A DNA stretch of 64,000 nt from Patescibacteria group bacterium (GTDB lineage: Bacteria; Patescibacteriota; Microgenomatia; UBA1400; PJMF01). Below the pieces are notes generated by a model. That model was not told where the DNA came from, did no database searches, and worked only from the letters and a program-made list of their open reading frames with translations. Positions within the stretch are counted from its first letter, which is position 1. Each line of letters starts with the position of its first letter. The DNA lies in NCBI GenBank assembly GCA_016861085.1, contig BOKR01000001.1, positions 991,298 to 1,055,297 on the forward strand. Direction: 5' to 3'. Positions 9,863 to 19,981 of the stretch are shown piece by piece. Made by a program: the position numbers and the translations under genes.

Positions 9863-11788
9863 TTACATTTTAGCCAAAGAGAGCAGTTGTCTACAGTGAC
9901 TTTTCCAGTCAGTGTACTTTTGCTTTTTTGCTTCTTCCCCCATGGTTAATCTTACATTTTCGTCTGAGAGTAACCTTGCAATGGTATCTGCCCAAATTTT
10001 TGAATCTCCTTGCTGTTCAACCCCAAGGTTCAAACCAGTTTCATTATTTCTAATTGTATCTACACTCCCGATATGATCAGAAACTATTGCTGGTAAACCA
10101 AATAGTTGTGCCTCAATGGTAGTAAGACCTAACGTCTCAGAACTCGAGGGTGAAACAAATAAATCTGCAACTTTATATAGGTTTGCCAATCTAAGCCCAT
10201 GTTGATTGCCAACAAAGATTGTTTTACTTCTATCAAATAAACTTTTGATCCTATTCAACTCTTTTTCGTTTTCGTTACTCCCAACTATTAGTAGTTTATA
10301 TGTAACTTCTTTTTTATTTAGGAGGTTACAAACTCTAGCCAAAAAATCAAGATTTTTAACTCTAGACACCTTACCTACATAAATGATTATTTTTTCACCA
10401 TTGGGTGCAATTAGTTCTCTTAACTCATTTGATCTTTCGCACTTAAGGTTTTCTCGCGACATGTTGGCGGTCTTACCAATTGATACTACTTTTTTAACTC
10501 CACGTTTTTCTAATCTATCTTTATATGATTCAGATGGTGTAACAATTGCCTCTACAAATCGTGAGATACCCTTTTTAACCTTCAACCCATATCTCTCAAA
10601 CATTTTTTGAGCAAGTATTCCAATCTTTCCTGGGAACTCGTATCTAAGGTACTTGCCAATTCTTGTTTCGTCCGTAGATACAATAGGTATACCTTTTAAT
10701 TTCAGGTTTGGGAGAACTTGTAAACCTAGAATGGCAGGATTAAATACAAAAGCCGCAGAAAAATTCCTACTAGAAATAAGATTAGAAATGACTCTCGTGC
10801 CAATTGTAACCTCTCTATCTCCTCCTGGTGTTCTTCTACCACCAATTACGACAATTTCGCCAAACTCTTCGTCTTTATACACTTTATCTTCTTTACCAGT
10901 AGTAAGAAGTACTGGGTTGAAACCATTTATTTTTAAGTATCGCAAGTAGTTTTTCACAGAAAAAGCAACTCCGTGTATGCCACCAAAAGACTCTGTTACA
11001 ACTAAAATGTTTCTCCCACTACCAAAAGGCTCACTCTCCTTTAGTTCAAAATTTGATGGTCCAATATCATTAACCGGGAAAGTTTTTAATAAATTAATAA
11101 CTTCTTGTTCATTTTGAGTAGTCTGTATTACCTCTTTTTTCTTTTTATCTTTGAGTAAAAAATGAGCAAAAAGTTTAAATGAGATATTCTGTAATTCAGC
11201 TCTTAACTGGTAGGGGAATCCAGAAAATTTTCTGTTTACATGTGGGTCAATAAATGCCGCCTTATTATTAGAAGTAACTGCTACATTTTCTGAAGAAAAT
11301 GGAAATAAATTATTTATTGATGGTATTCTTATGGAACCTATTCTTATACCACTTGCTCCTATTAAATCCGGCATTTTACCAAAAAGAGCATAATACTCGC
11401 AGACACTTAAAAGTAAATCCCCCAGACTTTCCCTAAGTTCCCGAGAATTCAGAATATCTTTGTATCCTCTTCTCTTCAGCTCTCCACCTTCAGCCCAATC
11501 TTGAAGAGCATACAATGTTGGCTTACCAGTTTCAGGATGATTAGCAATAAAAAGAGATGTCACCGGAATCGCTTCACTACCCAGTGAATGAAATTCTTGA
11601 ATATCCACCAAGATTTCTCTTCCCAATCTTTCCAGCTTATCTCTACCATCAGGGTTGTATTCCTTTACAGCAAATCTACGTTCACCTAACAGTGCCTTTC
11701 TTACAGTTGCCTCTCGTCCAGATCCACCACCACTCACCAGTTCTAGTTTATTTAGTGCAGCTGGTAAGGCTTGTTCATTCTTATTCAT
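9863..11788 (-). CDS. Fusion protein: N-terminal protein-kinase-like fold domain + C-terminal GT4 glycosyltransferase
   Basis: 641 aa. N-terminus has a Gly-rich loop LVSGGGSGREATV, a VAIK-like FAVKEY and a hinge-like YALQDWAEGGEL. The C-terminal ~380 aa is a GT-B/GT4 domain (…EAQLFGLPAIVSDHIGSVDTI…). Confidence 0.6.
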   Translation of the reverse strand: MNKNEQALPAALNKLELVSGGGSGREATVRKALLGERRFAVKEYNPDGRDKLERLGREILVDIQEFHSLGSEAIPVTSLFIANHPETGKPTLYALQDWAEGGELKRRGYKDILNSRELRESLGDLLLSVCEYYALFGKMPDLIGASGIRIGSIRIPSINNLFPFSSENVAVTSNNKAAFIDPHVNRKFSGFPYQLRAELQNISFKLFAHFLLKDKKKKEVIQTTQNEQEVINLLKTFPVNDIGPSNFELKESEPFGSGRNILVVTESFGGIHGVAFSVKNYLRYLKINGFNPVLLTTGKEDKVYKDEEFGEIVVIGGRRTPGGDREVTIGTRVISNLISSRNFSAAFVFNPAILGLQVLPNLKLKGIPIVSTDETRIGKYLRYEFPGKIGILAQKMFERYGLKVKKGISRFVEAIVTPSESYKDRLEKRGVKKVVSIGKTANMSRENLKCERSNELRELIAPNGEKIIIYVGKVSRVKNLDFLARVCNLLNKKEVTYKLLIVGSNENEKELNRIKSLFDRSKTIFVGNQHGLRLANLYKVADLFVSPSSSETLGLTTIEAQLFGLPAIVSDHIGSVDTIRNNETGLNLGVEQQGDSKIWADTIARLLSDENVRLTMGEEAKKQKYTDWKSHCRQLLSLAKM

Positions 11789-11790
11789 CT

Positions 11791-12504
11791 CTAATTGGTA
11801 TCCAGCGAATTAAAAAACCATCTACTGAACTTTCGCAATGACATATTTTTAGGAGCAGGAATGTTTCCCCTGATTTTATGAAGAATAATTTGAACTGGAT
11901 ATTTTATCGCCCTTATTCTTCTATATTGATAAAAAGGGCTGAATAACTCATTATATTCAGCATTTGGGATACCTTTATACTTAGACTCCGTAGATTCATA
12001 TAGTCTTTTTTTTCCTCTATCTCTACTACGATTGGCAAATCCAATAGTACCAAATAAGTGTGCATGAACCTGAGGATCAAAAAAAGGAAGCATTTCACCA
12101 TCAACACTTAGAAAAACGGGATCAAAAAGTTCTTTGTTTACAGCCACTTTTATGTCCTTGTAACATAGAAAAAAATTGTCATTAATTTTTTTAATAATCT
12201 GATTTCCAGACAATCCTAGCGGTATTGGATGAGCTATTCTTTCTAACTCACTCACAACGTTCGATGAAATATTTTCAGCTGGAATATATATATCTAGGTC
12301 TCTCCACTGTTTTTTATCTTGCTTATACCCATCTGATAAAAAACCTGGCTTGATTGCTTCAGCATGTAAACTACCTCTGAAGATTATAGAAATACCATTG
12401 GCTTGACAGTATTGGTAAAGCTCAATAGCTTTCTTTTTCCAAAAGTTAAGCCTCTCTTCTGGAGAAAGTTTTTCTGGATCAATTGTCAACAATGTTTCAT
12501 GCAT
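11791..12504 (-). CDS. Hypothetical protein
   Basis: 237 aa ORF packed against the upstream and downstream genes; no motif recognised. Confidence 0.4.
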   Translation of the reverse strand: MHETLLTIDPEKLSPEERLNFWKKKAIELYQYCQANGISIIFRGSLHAEAIKPGFLSDGYKQDKKQWRDLDIYIPAENISSNVVSELERIAHPIPLGLSGNQIIKKINDNFFLCYKDIKVAVNKELFDPVFLSVDGEMLPFFDPQVHAHLFGTIGFANRSRDRGKKRLYESTESKYKGIPNAEYNELFSPFYQYRRIRAIKYPVQIILHKIRGNIPAPKNMSLRKFSRWFFNSLDTN

Positions 12505-12558
12505 GATATGTATTAGACATTATCACTGATACACTGGTAAACAGCAAGGAAACTAAAT

Positions 12559-14379
12559 TTATCTCTTCAACACCGCCATGAACGTATCCTGATTCAGTTC
12601 AACTTTACCAAACTTCTTCATACGCTTCTTACCTTTGGCCTGTTTTGACAACAGCTTTTTGCGTCTGGTAACGTCCCCACCATACAACTTAGCAGTCACA
12701 TCTTTTCGAAATGCTTTGACAGTTTCTCGGGCAACTACAGTACCACCAATGGTTGCTTGAATTGGTAACTCAAACATTTGCCTTGGAATCACATCTTTTA
12801 ATTTGGCAACTACTCTTCGGCCTTCGGCCTCAGCACGCTCGCGAACCGTAATAAAGCTGAGCGGTTCGATTGGTTCCCTATTTAACATAATAGTAATTTT
12901 GACTGCTTCAACAGGGATAAATTCTTTCACTTCATATTCCATAGAAGCATACCCAGAACTGAGTGACTTCAGAGTGTCATGAAAATCAGTTATCAACTCT
13001 GCTAAAGGCACAGTGCAAACAATACTCACGCGGTTACCAACGTGAGTGCTATTTACAAACTCACCTCTCCTATCTCTACAAAGATTGATTATTCCACTCA
13101 TCTGCTCTTGGGGAGCCAGAATTTTCACCAGAGTAATTGGCTCGCGAATTTCTTTAATTAATGAAGGGTCAGGCATTTCTGCGGGAGTCTGTACGATAAT
13201 CTCATCACCATTTTGCATCGTTACTTCATAGGTTACAGATGGAACAGTGGCGATTAATTCGAGATTAAACTCTCGCTGGAGTCGCTCAATCACAATCTCC
13301 GCATGCAGTATTCCCAAAAATCCGATACGTAGTCCTGAACCTAAAGCTTGCGAATGGGTTCCCGAAAATTTAAGCGCTGCATCACGAAGTGAAAGCTTAT
13401 CCATCGCATCCTGCAAAAAGGTAAACTCAGCAGGGTCAGTTGGATACACTTCCATAAACACCATTGGCATCGGTTCTTTATATCCTGGCAATGGAATTAC
13501 TTTTTCTCGTTTACTAAAAGTTGTCAGTGTGTCACCAATTTTGAGTGTTCTAGTATCTTTCAAACCAGTAGCTACATAGCCAACTTCACCAGCAAGCAAT
13601 TCTGCTCTTGGAACCATTCCTGGAGAAAAAATACCAATCTCAACAGGTTGAAAACTTGCACTAGAATTGGTGAATCCTAGTTTTTCTCGTTTTACTACAC
13701 CGTCAACAACTCTCACCAGAGCAATTGCCCCACGATGGGTGTCAAAATGTGAGGTCACTAAGAGTGCGCGTAAATCGTTGTCAACACTACCAGTAGGAGG
13801 TGGTACTTTTTCAATAATTGTGTCTAGAACTGTCTCAACATTTTGGCCAGTTTTAGCACTCACCATGATGATGTCAGTTTCATCACAATTACACAGCTCC
13901 ATTATTTCTAAAGCGACGCGTTCTGGTTCTGCAGAAGGCAAATCAATTTTATTCATAACAGGGATAACGACCAGTCCCAGTGCTTTAGCCTGTTCAAAAT
14001 TTGACAAGGTTTGAGCCTGAATTCCCTGGGTTGCATCTACAACCAATAAAACCCCTTCACAGGCGGCAAGTGATCTACTCACTTCATACCCAAAGTCAAC
14101 ATGACCTGGAGTATCAATTAAATTAAGAATGTATTTCTGATTTGCGTGCTTGCTACTTACGTACTCCATGCGAGCTGGAGCCAACTTAATAGTAATTCCC
14201 CGTTCTTGTTCGATAGGATTACTATCCATAATTCTCTCTGTAAGATTTAAATCATCAACAGTGTGGGTTAGACGCAAAAAAGCATCGGTTAGTGTTGTTT
14301 TACCGTGATCTATATGCGCAATAATCGAGAAATTGCGAATTGAAGAATTAAAATCCTTACCAATAGGAGAGCTCATCAA
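12559..14379 (-). CDS. lepA: Translation elongation factor 4 (LepA)
   Basis: 606 aa. GTPase G1 AHIDHGKTTL, and the LepA-specific C-terminal domain ending …MAVLKR. Confidence 0.92.
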   Translation of the reverse strand: MMSSPIGKDFNSSIRNFSIIAHIDHGKTTLTDAFLRLTHTVDDLNLTERIMDSNPIEQERGITIKLAPARMEYVSSKHANQKYILNLIDTPGHVDFGYEVSRSLAACEGVLLVVDATQGIQAQTLSNFEQAKALGLVVIPVMNKIDLPSAEPERVALEIMELCNCDETDIIMVSAKTGQNVETVLDTIIEKVPPPTGSVDNDLRALLVTSHFDTHRGAIALVRVVDGVVKREKLGFTNSSASFQPVEIGIFSPGMVPRAELLAGEVGYVATGLKDTRTLKIGDTLTTFSKREKVIPLPGYKEPMPMVFMEVYPTDPAEFTFLQDAMDKLSLRDAALKFSGTHSQALGSGLRIGFLGILHAEIVIERLQREFNLELIATVPSVTYEVTMQNGDEIIVQTPAEMPDPSLIKEIREPITLVKILAPQEQMSGIINLCRDRRGEFVNSTHVGNRVSIVCTVPLAELITDFHDTLKSLSSGYASMEYEVKEFIPVEAVKITIMLNREPIEPLSFITVRERAEAEGRRVVAKLKDVIPRQMFELPIQATIGGTVVARETVKAFRKDVTAKLYGGDVTRRKKLLSKQAKGKKRMKKFGKVELNQDTFMAVLKR

Positions 14380-14392
14380 GAAACCCCCTTAC

Positions 14393-14761
14393 TTATTTTT
14401 TAGCAGTTTTTTTGGCTGCTGACCGCTTTGGAGCTGCTTTTTTAACTGTTTTTGATGCGGTCGACTTTGTAGCAGCCTTTTTGGTTGCAGTTGCTTTTTT
14501 AGCTGGAGCAGTTTTCTCAATCTTTTCTGGTTTTGCTAACTTACTTAACTGAGATTTGACTCTAGCAGCCTTATTTTTATGTAAGAGGTGCTTTCGAACT
14601 GCCGTATCAAGAGCTGAGTATGCAGTAGCCAAGTTTGCTGCACTTGGGGTCTTTTTAACTTTATCAACCATTGTCTTCACAATTGACTTGACTCTAGAAT
14701 TAACTTCTGTCTTCTTTTTACTAACTCTTTGAGCTTTTCTAGCATTTGCTAAAATTGGCAT
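14393..14761 (-). CDS. rpsT: 30S ribosomal protein S20 with Lys/Ala-rich C-terminal extension
   Basis: S20 core (…RKHLLHKNKAARVKSQLSKLA…) plus a ~40 aa KKAATK-type basic tail. Confidence 0.8.
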   Translation of the reverse strand: MPILANARKAQRVSKKKTEVNSRVKSIVKTMVDKVKKTPSAANLATAYSALDTAVRKHLLHKNKAARVKSQLSKLAKPEKIEKTAPAKKATATKKAATKSTASKTVKKAAPKRSAAKKTAKK

Positions 14762-14829
14762 AATTTACATTCCTTCTAAACTACTATATTATAGATCAGA
14801 AAAGGAATTATACCAGATTTATTTTAGAA

Positions 14830-16530
14830 TTGGTACTCATGTTTTCATTAGCACGTTTTTCGATAACCAAATTACTGGCAAACAACACAAAGTGGCTGGA
14901 GACCCAGCAAACCAGTATCAACTCTGCAGCTGCCATCATTGCCATGGCGAATGCGTTTTCGATCCTGTTTGGATTTGTCCGAACCAGAATCGTATTGTCT
15001 TATTTCTCTGAAGAGGTGGTTACTGCCTGGACTCTAGCTTTCCAAATTCCAGATCTGTTGTTTCAGTTGTTAATTTTTGGAGCACTCTCAGCAGCTTTTA
15101 TTCCGATCTTTTTATCACTCAAAAAAACACACGATGATGCCACAGCTTTTAAAATGGGTGGAATAGTTTTAAATATTTTGCTGATAGCATTCACTTTAGC
15201 AAGTCTTCTAATTTTCATTTTTGCTGAACCCTTAACTTTGGCTCGTGTTGGCGACAAGCTTTCATTAGAACAACTGCAAATTGTCATTAAACTCACAAGG
15301 GTAATGCTCTTAGCTCAAATTTTCTTTACAGTCTCTAATGTTATGACCGGTGTTTTGCAATCATACAAACAATTTATTGTTCCAAGTCTCGCTCCAATTA
15401 TTTACAACCTTGGAATTATTCTTGGAGTCGTTTTGTTTTCAGGACAATTTGGCATTTACTCTGCAGGGTTGGGTGTAATTCTTGGAGCTTTCATGCATAT
15501 GGTAGTGCAAATTCCGCTCGGGTTTAAATTAGGTTTTAGGCCAACGTTTTCATTGAATATTAAACATCCAGGTGTATTAAAGCTATTTTTACTTTCTCCT
15601 GCCCGATTTTTAACTATCGGTATTTCTGAATTTCAGACCCTGGCTATAGCTTACTTTGCCACTTCTATCGGCCAGCTGAGCTTTTTATATATCTCATATG
15701 CCAACTTTTTATCGACATTCCCAATCAGAATGTTTGGGGTTCCACTCAGTCAGGCAGCGCTCCCATTTCTATCCCAATACTCAAAACAAGAAGAATTGGC
15801 AAAGTTCCGTGATCTTATGTTGCAGTCATTACATCAAATTTCATTTTTGGCTATGCCAACTTCGGTCTTGCTCCTCATTTTGAGAGTCCCAATTGTTCGT
15901 ATCGCTTTTGGTACTGATAACTTCAGTTGGACATCAACGGTTACAACTGGAAAAGTACTCGCAATCCTCGCACTCTCAATTACAGCTCAAGCCATGGTTC
16001 AATTACTTATTAGAGGTTTCCATGCATTAAAAAATACTAATACACCGCTCATTATTTCCGCCATTTTTACAACTTTCTATTTGTCTACCTCTTACTATAT
16101 AGTCAAATTTACTTCGTTTGGGGTTGTGGGACTTGCCGCTGCCAGCGCAGTGAGCTTTGTTCTAGAATTACTGCTCTTTGTCATTATGTTAAACAAAATT
16201 GTTCCAGAATTTATTAGCAAAAAAATGCTTGTCCCACAATTCAAAATGCTTTTATCTAGCTTCTTCATGGCTGTATTTCTATATTTGCCATTTAGAATTT
16301 TCGACGAACTCATCTTTGATACTACAAAAACAGTAGAACTAATTGGGCTAACAATAACTACCGGTACGATTGGTATGCTTGTGTATATTTACTTTGCAGC
16401 TCTTTTTGAAATAAAGGAGCTTGAGTTAATCACCAAAACGCTTGCCAGCTTCTCCAACAAATGGCGTTCAAGTGTGAGTAAGACAGAAGAATTCATGGTT
16501 GAAACCTCTGCTGATAATGAAGGTGTCTGA
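14830..16530 (+). CDS. murJ: Lipid II flippase MurJ (MviN family)
   Basis: 566 aa polytopic membrane protein with the MurJ N-terminal signature (…ILFGFVRTRIVLSYF…LAFQIPDLLFQLLIFGALSAAFIPIF). Confidence 0.8.
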   Translation: MVLMFSLARFSITKLLANNTKWLETQQTSINSAAAIIAMANAFSILFGFVRTRIVLSYFSEEVVTAWTLAFQIPDLLFQLLIFGALSAAFIPIFLSLKKTHDDATAFKMGGIVLNILLIAFTLASLLIFIFAEPLTLARVGDKLSLEQLQIVIKLTRVMLLAQIFFTVSNVMTGVLQSYKQFIVPSLAPIIYNLGIILGVVLFSGQFGIYSAGLGVILGAFMHMVVQIPLGFKLGFRPTFSLNIKHPGVLKLFLLSPARFLTIGISEFQTLAIAYFATSIGQLSFLYISYANFLSTFPIRMFGVPLSQAALPFLSQYSKQEELAKFRDLMLQSLHQISFLAMPTSVLLLILRVPIVRIAFGTDNFSWTSTVTTGKVLAILALSITAQAMVQLLIRGFHALKNTNTPLIISAIFTTFYLSTSYYIVKFTSFGVVGLAAASAVSFVLELLLFVIMLNKIVPEFISKKMLVPQFKMLLSSFFMAVFLYLPFRIFDELIFDTTKTVELIGLTITTGTIGMLVYIYFAALFEIKELELITKTLASFSNKWRSSVSKTEEFMVETSADNEGV

Positions 16531-16573
16531 TGTACTTGGTGTTCTCGCAATTTTTTAGTAGAATGAAATAGAA

Positions 16574-17188
16574 ATGAAAAAAGCTGCCCAGATAAACATC
16601 AATCTTCTCCCTAGGGACCCATTTTTTTCTACAATTTTTGGGCAAGTGTTGCGTTGGGCTTTGTCAGCAGGTAGATATGTTGTGATTTTCACCGAGTTAG
16701 TAGTGATTATGAGTTTCATCGCAAGATTCACACTAGATAGGCAAGTTACAGACCTCAATAGTGCAATTGAGAAAAAACGACAAATTATTCTTTCATATGG
16801 TGATCTAGAAGACAATTTCAGGTCAGTTCAAGAAAAGATTACCCAATACAAACAGACCGAGCAAGAAACGAATATAGTTGATACTTTTGAACACCTGGGC
16901 GCTGTAGTTCCAGAGGGAATTACTTTAACTGAGCTTGCAATCCGTCCTACTTCCGTCACCATTTCTGGAACTACGCTCTCTCAAACAGCTTTTAATTTAT
17001 TGATTAATAACTTACAGCTTTCTTCAGAATTCAAGAATATTACAGTTGGTGAAATTCAGTCAAATGAAAACGATGATGAAGGAATCAGTTTTAATATCAG
17101 AGCTGATACTAAAATTGTCCAAAAAGTAAAAGCAGGAGCAAATTCAGAAGAAAAAGTTGACTTATTAGATAGGACGCAAGGATTATAA
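16574..17188 (+). CDS. pilN: Type IV pilus assembly protein PilN-like
   Basis: N-terminal ININLLP motif, a single TM helix and a periplasmic domain, typical of PilN. Confidence 0.6.
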   Translation: MKKAAQININLLPRDPFFSTIFGQVLRWALSAGRYVVIFTELVVIMSFIARFTLDRQVTDLNSAIEKKRQIILSYGDLEDNFRSVQEKITQYKQTEQETNIVDTFEHLGAVVPEGITLTELAIRPTSVTISGTTLSQTAFNLLINNLQLSSEFKNITVGEIQSNENDDEGISFNIRADTKIVQKVKAGANSEEKVDLLDRTQGL

Positions 17189-17190
17189 TT

Positions 17191-17862
17191 ATGCAGGAAG
17201 CAAGTCCAAATCCAAATGTCTCTACTGCCAAAAAACGAAGAGAAATCGCTACCGTTTTAAATCAGTTTTACATGAATCCAGTCGCAAAAGCGTCAACTGA
17301 GTTATTTTTAACTGTTGGATTAGTACTTTTTCTCGGAGCGTTTGCTATTCGACCAACTATCTTAACGATGTCAAATCTGCTGAAAGAAATCGAAACAAAA
17401 AAAGAACTAGATGCCTCACTTACTAAGAAAATTGCAGCACTTCAGACTGCTCAAACACAATATGTGAGCATTGAAAATGAATTAGAAGTACTCAATGAGG
17501 CAATCCCCGAACAACCAGATATTATACTCGGAACAAAATTGATCGAAAAAATGGCTGCCGATAATAGAGTTGTGATAAATAGCTTGAGCATTTCTGATTT
17601 ACCTGAAGACAGTGAATCTACAGTACTATTCACACAAAAATCAAAGCAGTTACTGAATATCTCTATAAGAATCACCGGTGACTACGTTTCTATTAGAGAA
17701 TTCGTAGAAGCACTGAGAAATTCCCGAAAGAGCTTCGTAGTTGAATCTGTTGTTTTTGCATTAGAAGAAGATCGTGGTAATAAAAAATTAGGTGCAAATA
17801 TTACAGTTGGGACGCCATATTTTGGTGTGGCAGACCCTACTGAGCAAACGGCAAAAAAATGA
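17191..17862 (+). CDS. pilO: Type IV pilus assembly protein PilO-like
   Basis: 223 aa with one TM helix, a coiled-coil stretch and a C-terminal domain. Translationally coupled immediately after the pilN-like gene. Confidence 0.45.
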   Translation: MQEASPNPNVSTAKKRREIATVLNQFYMNPVAKASTELFLTVGLVLFLGAFAIRPTILTMSNLLKEIETKKELDASLTKKIAALQTAQTQYVSIENELEVLNEAIPEQPDIILGTKLIEKMAADNRVVINSLSISDLPEDSESTVLFTQKSKQLLNISIRITGDYVSIREFVEALRNSRKSFVVESVVFALEEDRGNKKLGANITVGTPYFGVADPTEQTAKK

Positions 17863-18302
17863 CAAAACAAGATACAGTCAAACAAGACATAAAAAAACTG
17901 CAGCAGAACAAACAGTTTCTAACAATAATGATTTTGTTATTTGTAATTTTACTGTTTTGGATCACAATTTCTTTAATAAGTTCTCAGACTACAGAAAAAA
18001 TATCACCTGAGCTACAAAAACTTTCAAAACCTTTAACTCCAGTTATCGACTCTGAGGTGTTAACAAGAATTTCCGAAAAAAGACAATACACTTCAGATGA
18101 ACTCTCGGCATTTACTATTTATAAAGTCTTAGTAAGTAGGGACGGAACCACTGAGCGTGTTGTACCAATTGAGGTAACTGCTGAAGATCTAGAGCCTACT
18201 GAGACACCTCCTTCTACGCCAAGTCCAGGCGGGTCTTTACTCCAGGGAGAGATCGAACCGACTCCTACATCAACCGATGAACCCACAGTTGTTGCCCCAT
18301 AA
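17859..18302 (+). CDS. Membrane-anchored Pro/Thr-rich protein (possible pilus-biogenesis accessory)
   Basis: 147 aa. One N-terminal TM helix and a PT-rich C-terminus (TETPPSTPSPGG…EPTPTSTDEPT). Start overlaps the pilO-like stop. Confidence 0.4.
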   Translation: MTKQDTVKQDIKKLQQNKQFLTIMILLFVILLFWITISLISSQTTEKISPELQKLSKPLTPVIDSEVLTRISEKRQYTSDELSAFTIYKVLVSRDGTTERVVPIEVTAEDLEPTETPPSTPSPGGSLLQGEIEPTPTSTDEPTVVAP

Positions 18303-18395
18303 CTTTTGGTTTTTGTTCGCGTTGATTCTTTGGCTTTTTTTCTTTACAGTTAATGATAGGACTCTCCTTAAAGTCCTCTTGTTTTATGTGAAAAT

Positions 18396-19925
18396 ATGAA
18401 AAAGCCTGCGATACCAAAGAAATTACTCGATAAACGCATTCCCACATTACTCGGAATTTTTGTGCTTGTCGTCGCTTTGATTGCTGGAACGTTGTTACTA
18501 GGTGAAGGTCCAGGAGTTTTTGCCCCAAGAGCTACCCCAACAACAACTCCAAAAAAAATTAAAGTCACTAATGTCACTGATAACAGCTTTACTATCTCCT
18601 TTTTGACTGATGATCTAACGCCAGGATTTGTGAAATATGGCACTCAACCAGGGGCATTAAGTTCTCAAGCGAGTGACGATAGGGACCAGCTCAGTGGTAC
18701 AGTTTCCGACTACCGCGTACACCATGTGACTGTTCGAGGATTGCAACCAACTACAACCTACTACTATACCTTGGGAACTGGTGCAGGAACCAATTTTGAT
18801 GATAACGGTAATCCATTCATGATAAAAACAACTGCCCGAAGTGGTGCTCCTGCAGCAGCCAAAACTATTTATGGCAGTGTTAGTACCCAAGCTGGGAGTC
18901 CTGCTGACGGGTCTATCGTGTATGTTGCCTTAGCAAATGCCGGCGAGATGTCCTCATTAGTCAAAGCCTCGGGAAGTTGGGCAGTTCCACTTTCTAATGC
19001 TCGTACAAAAGATGGCAGTGGATACGCACAAATTACCGATGCAGACAGCATTATTTTAACAGTGCAAGGACAACTGCCAACCGATGTTATTACACATACC
19101 ACAATGGTTTCAGAAGCTCAGCCAGTCCCAACATTGACCTTTGGCCAAACAGCCCCACCAACCACAGTTCCTACCTCCCCAACTCCAACGCCAACCCCAG
19201 AAACTACGCCAGAACCAACTGTTGAGCCTACCTCTGAACCATCTACCCCAAGTGCTTCAATTGGTGATGAATTTGCAAGTACACCACTCTCAACCGAAAG
19301 TGCTGTAACAACCCAAGCCAGTGAAAGCGCTACAGCCATTACTGTAGTTGACCTTGAAAAAACTGAACCACAACAAGTAACAACAACTCAACCAGTTATT
19401 GTAGGAAAAGCAGCTCCAAATGTTACCGTTACTCTTGAAGTTCATTCAGACGGAAACATTCAGGAATTCGTTACCGCAGATGCAAATGGGAACTTTACAC
19501 TTGATATTGCTGCCCTCTCTAAAACTTTAGAACCTGGCCCACATACTGCAACCTATTCATATACTGATCCAACAACAGGGGAAGTAGTAACCAAAACAGT
19601 TGACTTCGTTGTAGCTGCACCTCAGCAGTTGGCACAAGCACAACCATTTGGCTCAGGCAATCCGTTCCCGCCACCAACTGCGACACCTACCCCAACTCCT
19701 GCAACCCAATCTGCCGTGGCTACACAGTCAGCAACCGCTACACAGTCAGCACAGGCTACAGAGAGCGGTAGAACAACAATGCCAGCTACAGACAGTGGTG
19801 TGCCTGTTTCAGGCTCTGTAGGAACCACACTTGCTTTAGTTTTTGGGGGCCTTTTCTTCATCATTTCCGGTTTGTGGAGTTTCTGGATTTCGCATCAGCT
19901 TGGAAAAAATGAGGTGGAGTTTTAA
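18396..19925 (+). CDS. Cell-surface protein with fibronectin-III-like (purple-acid-phosphatase-N-like) domain, PT-rich linkers and a C-terminal hydrophobic anchor
   Basis: N-terminal TM/signal segment. VTNVTDNSFTISFLTD…YYYTLG is FN3-like. TPTPTPE and ATQSA repeats. C-terminal …TTLALVFGGLFFIISGLWSFW hydrophobic segment. Confidence 0.55.
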   Translation: MKKPAIPKKLLDKRIPTLLGIFVLVVALIAGTLLLGEGPGVFAPRATPTTTPKKIKVTNVTDNSFTISFLTDDLTPGFVKYGTQPGALSSQASDDRDQLSGTVSDYRVHHVTVRGLQPTTTYYYTLGTGAGTNFDDNGNPFMIKTTARSGAPAAAKTIYGSVSTQAGSPADGSIVYVALANAGEMSSLVKASGSWAVPLSNARTKDGSGYAQITDADSIILTVQGQLPTDVITHTTMVSEAQPVPTLTFGQTAPPTTVPTSPTPTPTPETTPEPTVEPTSEPSTPSASIGDEFASTPLSTESAVTTQASESATAITVVDLEKTEPQQVTTTQPVIVGKAAPNVTVTLEVHSDGNIQEFVTADANGNFTLDIAALSKTLEPGPHTATYSYTDPTTGEVVTKTVDFVVAAPQQLAQAQPFGSGNPFPPPTATPTPTPATQSAVATQSATATQSAQATESGRTTMPATDSGVPVSGSVGTTLALVFGGLFFIISGLWSFWISHQLGKNEVEF

Positions 19926-19981
19926 TCTTGAAAACTCACGAATAAAAAATTACAATCAAATAACTTGCCCAAGAAAGAAGT

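Noticed and set aside
18657-19864. Antisense ORFs of 73-80 aa inside the FN3 surface-protein gene, and similar ones inside the 58494-61313 gene (58830-59134, 60165-60356, 60843-61109)
   Set aside because: They are artefacts of the repetitive Thr/Pro/Cys codon composition of the sense strand, which disfavours antisense stop codons.
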